Virus record (IMG/VR): IMGVR_UViG_3300044991_002645
Location: 1-53,104 of that record
Direction: 5' to 3' (one strand)
Source of the DNA: a virus
Taxonomy: Duplodnaviria; Caudoviricetes
Length of the DNA: 53,104 bases
Shown here: piece by piece, positions 47,914 to 53,104 of the stretch
How the letters are laid out: the number at the start of each line of letters is the position of its first letter
Numbering within the stretch: the stretch's first letter is position 1
Notes under the pieces: model-generated
Database searches by the model: none
Seen by the model: the letters and a program-made list of their open reading frames with translations, nothing else
Told to the model about the DNA's origin: nothing
Translations under genes and position numbers: made by a program

Positions 47914-47933
47914 CGTGTCAGTCCCCCTATGCG

Positions 47934-50135
47934 TCAAGCCGGAAACCCTGATCTGCCCTGCCGCCGGGCGGAGGCCACGGCGGCCCCCTCCCCTGGCGTC
48001 AGCGTGCTCATTCCTATCAGCATGCCCGCCATGGCGCCCACCAGCGCGCCCGCCATCACGCCGCCCATCCGGGCCGCGGCGTGAGTCGCGGGGCCCGAAC
48101 CCTCCGCCAGGGCACCGCCCGCCCAGCCCCCGGCGAGGGCTCCGGCGAAGCCTGTGCCTAGCGGCAGGTAGGCGAGCTTGCGCCGTATTCCAGGCGAGGC
48201 CTCCTCCGGGTGGATCGCCAGCCGGCCGAACTGCTTCTCCGCGCTGGCCGCCGCCTTCAGCAGACACGCGCCCCCGCTCCTGGCCGGGCGGCCGGCCTGC
48301 TTGCCCAGGTAGCCGGCCTCGAAGCCCGCCTGCTTGCCTATCTGGCCGCCGGGGCCCGCGTCCACAAGGGCCGGGGCCAGCCGCCTGTACTGGTCCAGCA
48401 GCCACGACTCCTTGTCAGGCCTGCTTTTATACAGGCGCAGATAGCGCATGGCCCTCTTCGCCTCGGTGTCCATGCCAGAATCCCGCAGCTGGCCCTCGAA
48501 AGCGTCGTCCGTCACATCCGGGCCGTAGGGGGGCAGCCGCAGCCTGAGCGCGTCGCGGCTCAGGGGCCGGTCCTGGCCGGACGAGTCGTCAAGCAGCCGG
48601 GACCCCTTCGCGCCGTAGGACCACGCGTTCAGCGCCTGGACGGCCGGCTCCAGCTCCATGGGGTTGGTGTACGGGTAGGCGTCCGCCTTGTCCGGATCGG
48701 ACGACATGTCCTCGACTATCCGGCCGCTTTTGCCTGTGGCGGCCGGCCGGGACTCGCTCCTGGCTCCCACATCATCCTTGTACTCCTGGCCGTTGCGACC
48801 CACAGTGTACTTGTGCGTGAACTCGTGCCGCAGCAGCTTCAGCCAGTCGGTGCCGTCGCCGGGGCGGACCCCGTTGGTCGTCAGGGCGGCATCGGCCCGC
48901 TGCCTGTACTCGTCGGCGTCCCCGAACGGGGATATGCCCAGCCTCGGATCCATTCCGCGCCCCAAAATCAGCGACCCGCCGCCGTTGCCGCCGGTCAGTG
49001 CCCAGCCCGTCCTGCCGCCCGGCTCGTACCTGAACGTGAAGGGCTCCTTGAACGCGTCGAGGTTGAACGGAATCCCCGCCCGCTCGGCGTAGCCCTTGGC
49101 CCGGGACCGCTCCCTCTCCGCCGCCTCCCCGTACGTCCCGGACAGGAAAAGGCGGGCGGGATCCTGGACCACGTACTTCTCGTGGTAGTCCGGGGAGCGC
49201 GTCTCAATAGGGGGCCGGGGCGCGCCCCGCTCGGGGAACTCCCTCTCGATGGCGCCGGAGGCCGCCAGCGCGTCAAGCGCGCTGGCGGACCCCTCCATGT
49301 CCCTGAGCATGGCGGCCTCGTGCTCCCGCTCCCTCTCGTCCGAGCCGACCGAGCCGCTGGCTGATTTCGCCATGTATCCCGACTTGAATCCGATCTCGTA
49401 CGCTTGCTTGCTCATAGACTTCTCGTGTGTTGACTCCGCTTGGGAGTTCTGTTTAGTGATGCCCGTCGTGAGCGGGACGAACTTGCGCTTGGCCGGGGCC
49501 GGCTTGACGACAGGCTCGGCCACCTGCTTCGGCGCGGGCTTCGCCGGAGTCCTGTCCGGAACCTTGGACTCGTCTATTATGGTCTGCCGCGGCCGCTGGT
49601 TGTCGAACCACAGCTGGTCGACCACCTCCGCATTGTCGCCGTCCTCTATCATGTTGGCCACCACGCCGGCGCGGGCCGGCCCGACCTGCTTGGCGTATAG
49701 GCTGTCGGACGCCTCTGCTCCGGCGGCCTCGAAGTCCCCCGCCTCCAGCGCGTCCCTCATGTCGGTGAACGTGGCGAGCCGTTTCGGCCCCATGTTGTAC
49801 AGCATGTTCTTCAGACCGGCCTCGCGCGTGGAGTCCAGTTCGACGCCCGGGAGCAGTTTGGCCACCTCTTTAGCGCCGGAGTCGTAGACGGCCACGGCCT
49901 CGTCGGCGTGGTCCATCAGCGAGCCGGACTTGGGCGCCGCCCCGCCTGTGAGTCCGAACGGCTGCGTCCACACCTTGCCGACGGGATCCCAGGTCGGTTT
50001 CCAGCCCTTAGCCGACGACTTGTCCTCGGCGTAGCCCTCCTGCTTGAGCAGAGTGTGGGCGCCGACGGACGGCGCGTCGGCGGCCTGTTTCAGCAGGCCC
50101 ATCGCGTAGCTTCTTTTTATCTCTTCGGCGGTCAT
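47934..50135 (-). CDS. Multidomain protein: phage lysozyme (GH24-like), HExxH zincin and glycine zipper
   Basis: LLKQEG..WDPVGKVWT..FG, NMLYNMG..L..F..M..AL..GDF..A..E..DS.YAKQVG..RA, and LRHEFTH. Domains are separated by GFKSGYMAKSA and GFEAGYLGKQA. Confidence 0.8.
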   Translation of the reverse strand: MTAEEIKRSYAMGLLKQAADAPSVGAHTLLKQEGYAEDKSSAKGWKPTWDPVGKVWTQPFGLTGGAAPKSGSLMDHADEAVAVYDSGAKEVAKLLPGVELDSTREAGLKNMLYNMGPKRLATFTDMRDALEAGDFEAAGAEASDSLYAKQVGPARAGVVANMIEDGDNAEVVDQLWFDNQRPRQTIIDESKVPDRTPAKPAPKQVAEPVVKPAPAKRKFVPLTTGITKQNSQAESTHEKSMSKQAYEIGFKSGYMAKSASGSVGSDEREREHEAAMLRDMEGSASALDALAASGAIEREFPERGAPRPPIETRSPDYHEKYVVQDPARLFLSGTYGEAAERERSRAKGYAERAGIPFNLDAFKEPFTFRYEPGGRTGWALTGGNGGGSLILGRGMDPRLGISPFGDADEYRQRADAALTTNGVRPGDGTDWLKLLRHEFTHKYTVGRNGQEYKDDVGARSESRPAATGKSGRIVEDMSSDPDKADAYPYTNPMELEPAVQALNAWSYGAKGSRLLDDSSGQDRPLSRDALRLRLPPYGPDVTDDAFEGQLRDSGMDTEAKRAMRYLRLYKSRPDKESWLLDQYRRLAPALVDAGPGGQIGKQAGFEAGYLGKQAGRPARSGGACLLKAAASAEKQFGRLAIHPEEASPGIRRKLAYLPLGTGFAGALAGGWAGGALAEGSGPATHAAARMGGVMAGALVGAMAGMLIGMSTLTPGEGAAVASARRQGRSGFPA

Positions 50136-50196
50136 TTGAAACCTCGGTTTATTTTAGCGCCCGGCTTCCCGGGCGCAGGCGCATACGCGCGCGGCC

Positions 50197-51843
50197 TCAA
50201 ACCACCACCTTGGCCCAGTCGTTGGCGGCTCCTCTTCCGGCCAGGACCCCGGGGGCGATCCTGCGCAGCGTCTCGTCGTACCACTTCTGCCTGGCCGGGT
50301 CCTTGTCGTAGTTGCGGCGGTACCTTATGGCCCTGGCCTCCTCGTCGGTCAGCCCGTCCTCGTCGAGCATCTTCTGCAGCGCGTCGTCGTCGGGGGCGGC
50401 GAAGTATCTGCCCAGGGCGCCTTGGTACTCCTCCGGCGTCATCTGCCTGTTGTCGCCTTTGTCGTCCACTCCCCAGGCCCCCTTGCCGGTGGCCCTGGTC
50501 AGCCCCCTGTTGAGCGCTCCGGCGGCCGGCGTCCACTCCAGAGGTACCTGCTCAACGTAGCTGAGCGGACGGCCGGAGGCGTCAGGAGGCCGAAAGGCGT
50601 CGGGGACGCCTCCCGCGTCGGTCATCGCCGGAACGGTCTTGGCGTGGCTGACCTCGTGGCCCAGCACGTCCACTCCGCTGCGCATCCACGTGTCCGCGGC
50701 CTCCTCCGGCGCGGTTGGCCCGCCGGCCCCCACGGGAATCCCGAGTGACTGCAGCGTCCTCCTGGGGCTCAAGCCGTTTCTCAAAGGATTGACGCTCCAC
50801 TCGTCGTAGTTGTGTATGACGCTCGGGGCTCCTCCGCCCAGGATGTTGGCCTGGTCGCCTATGGTCACCACTCCTGTGCGCCCGTCGTAGTTGGGGCCCG
50901 ACCCGGGGACCCCGTCCGGAGCGACCGAGACTCGGGTCGGCTTGTTGTAGTCGGCCATCCTGTACGGGAATCCGTTCGCCTCGTTGTACTTGTCCGCCGC
51001 CTTGATCCTGTTCTGCGTGTCCGCGCCCCACGTCCTGCGCAGTAGCGCGTCGGCCGGGCTCGGCATCACCCAGCTGGACTGCTCCGGATTTCCTGGGGCG
51101 GAGCCCGGGCTGGCGGCGGAGCTGGAGGCCAGGTCGGCTCCCTTGGAGCCTGGCGCGGCCGGCTCTGCCTGGCCGGACAGCTGGAAGTTCCGCATCAGAC
51201 GCTCGCCGCCCGCGGCCGCCTTCCGCTCCATCTTGGCCGCCGTGGCGGCCTCCCGGGACGCCTTCTCCTCGGGAGCCTCCTCCGGGGCTTTGCCTATCAG
51301 CGAGTCCAGTCCCCCCGGCCCGAACGGCCCGGCCTCCTTGGCCAGGTAGCCCGCCCTGTACCCCGCCTGCTTGGCCATGTCCGCGGCGGGCGCGGCCTGC
51401 GGCGCAGGCTGTGACGCGGGCATGACCCCGTACTTGTCCCTGTAGGCCAGGGCCTCCTCGGGCGTTATCGGGCTGCCCGCCGCCTCGAAGGCCCGCTGTA
51501 TCTTCTCGGGCTTCGCGATGTTGCTGCCGCCCTTCAGGTAGTCCACGCTGAACGGCACGCCGCGCGCCTTGAACATCTTGCCGAACTGGTCCCTGCGCCA
51601 CAGGAACTCCCGGATCTTGCCGTCGGCTCCGATGACCTTGCGGTCAGGGTCCTTCAGCTTGGCCGCGGCCAGCATCTGCAGCGCGAACATGCAGTCCTGC
51701 AGCTCGCCGTCAAGCTCCTTTGAATCGTCGCCGGCGAGGGCCTGGTGGAACTCGTCCAGCTCGCCCTTCAGGTAGTCGGGGCCGTAGTCGCGGTCGCCCA
51801 GCAGCTGTTTTTTTATGTAGCCGTACTTGTAGCCTGGCATCAT
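50197..51843 (-). CDS. Multidomain protein: MazG-like NTP pyrophosphatase and HExxH zincin
   Basis: GELDEF...ELDGELQDCMFAL (ExxE...ExxD), linker GYRAGYLAKEA, then LGHEVSHA...EWTPAAGALN. Confidence 0.7.
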   Translation of the reverse strand: MMPGYKYGYIKKQLLGDRDYGPDYLKGELDEFHQALAGDDSKELDGELQDCMFALQMLAAAKLKDPDRKVIGADGKIREFLWRRDQFGKMFKARGVPFSVDYLKGGSNIAKPEKIQRAFEAAGSPITPEEALAYRDKYGVMPASQPAPQAAPAADMAKQAGYRAGYLAKEAGPFGPGGLDSLIGKAPEEAPEEKASREAATAAKMERKAAAGGERLMRNFQLSGQAEPAAPGSKGADLASSSAASPGSAPGNPEQSSWVMPSPADALLRRTWGADTQNRIKAADKYNEANGFPYRMADYNKPTRVSVAPDGVPGSGPNYDGRTGVVTIGDQANILGGGAPSVIHNYDEWSVNPLRNGLSPRRTLQSLGIPVGAGGPTAPEEAADTWMRSGVDVLGHEVSHAKTVPAMTDAGGVPDAFRPPDASGRPLSYVEQVPLEWTPAAGALNRGLTRATGKGAWGVDDKGDNRQMTPEEYQGALGRYFAAPDDDALQKMLDEDGLTDEEARAIRYRRNYDKDPARQKWYDETLRRIAPGVLAGRGAANDWAKVVV

Positions 51844-51847
51844 GACC

Positions 51848-53104
51848 TCATGCGGGTGATGTGTTGGTCTTTCGTTCGTTCTTCCCTAACGCGGGCAGCA
51901 GCAACTCCAGATACTGTTTGTACGGCATCTCCTTGGTGGTGCCGTCCGGCATCTTGATCTTTATGGCGGACCCCTTCTTAATGGAGGGCAGCGTGGAGTT
52001 CATGAAGACGTCCTTGCCTACGTCGTCGGGCAGGGCGGAGCCCGGCGCCCCCAGTATCCTGGCGGCCTCCTCGGACGCCTGGTTCGTAAGCGCGGCCCGC
52101 TCTCTGGCCGCCGCCCCCATATCCGCGTGCCTCCTCAGATCCGCGGACACGCTCGCGGCGAAATCCGCCCCCGGCGGAGGCCTCGGCGAATCCTGCGTCC
52201 GGCCTGCTGCCTCGGCCTGGGCCAGCAGCTCCTTGTATTTGTCCGCGGCTCCTGCGCCGTAGATGGCCTCGATGGCCTTCACCGTCTTATTGGCCTTGTC
52301 CGCGCGATTCTCGTAATCCAGCTCCAATGGAGCGGACCTTCGCGTCAGTTGGTCCAGCATGTCCGCCCCAACTGCCTCGCCCGGCTCGAAATCCTGGCGC
52401 AGGCGGGGATCCGCCAGCCTGCCCTCCGGCGTATACCCGCCGCGGGTGTAGTCCTTGGCGTAGCCGCGCAGAAACGCCAGCTGCTCGGTGAGTCTGCCTA
52501 TGTAGTTGGAGCGTGGGTCCTTGGTGCCATACGCGTTCTCCCGCAGCCCGGCCCCGTGGTCCAGGGCCCGCCTCGCGCCGCGGCTCAGGCCCATCGGATC
52601 GACCGCCGGATCCACAAGCTCCGTGGGGAGCCCGCCCGCGTCCGTGGCGTGGCTGCCCTCGTGGCCGGCCACGGTTTTGAATAGATTGTACCCATGCGCC
52701 GCGTTGGTCAGGTTGCCGGCCAGCGATCCGTTGGCCGGATCGGCCGGGTCACGCCCGGACTGCCCCCGCAGATATGCGTTGGCGTAGGCCCGGTCATCCA
52801 TGGCCAAGGCCATCCGGGGCAGCTCGCCCACCGGCGTCTTGGCCGTGAAATCCCGAGTCGACGCGAGTCTCGGGACCGCGTCCACCATGTTGACGTTGAC
52901 GGCGCCCGGATCCTTGGAGGAGTGGAAGCCGGCCATCCCCGGCCCGCCGTACTCCTTGACGTCGAAGAAGGGCGCCTGCTGGAAATCGGCCGGGGACTTG
53001 GATCCGAAGTACGAGCCGTACACGGCCGGATGGTTCTGCTCCAGCCACTGCCTGTACTTCAAGACGCTGTCCGAGTATGTCCGGGCGGCCTCCGGGCCCA
53101 GCCG
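51848..53104 (-). CDS. HExxH zincin-like protein (5' end beyond the window)
   Basis: The frame stays open to the window edge. AGHEGSHA...EQLAFLRG. Confidence 0.7.
   Translation of the reverse strand, partial: RLGPEAARTYSDSVLKYRQWLEQNHPAVYGSYFGSKSPADFQQAPFFDVKEYGGPGMAGFHSSKDPGAVNVNMVDAVPRLASTRDFTAKTPVGELPRMALAMDDRAYANAYLRGQSGRDPADPANGSLAGNLTNAAHGYNLFKTVAGHEGSHATDAGGLPTELVDPAVDPMGLSRGARRALDHGAGLRENAYGTKDPRSNYIGRLTEQLAFLRGYAKDYTRGGYTPEGRLADPRLRQDFEPGEAVGADMLDQLTRRSAPLELDYENRADKANKTVKAIEAIYGAGAADKYKELLAQAEAAGRTQDSPRPPPGADFAASVSADLRRHADMGAAARERAALTNQASEEAARILGAPGSALPDDVGKDVFMNSTLPSIKKGSAIKIKMPDGTTKEMPYKQYLELLLPALGKNERKTNTSPA

Noticed and set aside
47914-48405. 5' extension of ORF 46120..48405
   Set aside because: It overlaps gene 47934..50135 and is Arg/Gly-rich. 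The ATG at 47913 has an RBS and an N-terminus paralogous to the upstream gene.
37-52787. Numerous long + strand ORFs (e.g. 3207..4721, 25598..27184, 32498..34159)
   Set aside because: They are antisense shadows of GC3-rich minus-strand genes and carry no recognisable motifs.
1-53104. tRNA, rRNA, integrase or terminase genes
   Set aside because: None was recognised by eye; a tRNA or covariance-model scan was not possible.

Overview
This window is a 53-kb stretch of a GC-rich large tailed bacteriophage genome. Every credible gene lies on the minus strand; the + strand ORFs are antisense shadows. In transcription order (right to left) it carries four blocks. (1) About 19 kb of fast-evolving genes, many sharing a G-F/Y-x-x-G-Y-L/M-x-K-x-A leader or linker. 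They include five HExxH zincin-like paralogues, a phage-lysozyme fusion, a MazG-like fusion, an ADP-ribosyltransferase-like fusion and many glycine-zipper proteins. (2) A probable portal. (3) A phage multisubunit RNA polymerase: beta fused to the N-half of beta', with two LAGLIDADG inteins (one highly atypical and inserted right after the catalytic DFDGD), plus a separate beta' C-half. (4) Probable prohead protease, scaffold, decoration and major capsid genes, then a cluster of fibre genes (Mtd_N-like, collagen-like, phage tail repeats). My best candidate for an undescribed system is a capsid cargo-loading and processing code, GFxxGYxxKxA / KxA. It would tag the scaffold, the RNAP and a modular effector array for packaging and cleavage. 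All calls come from motif recognition by eye; no database searches were run.
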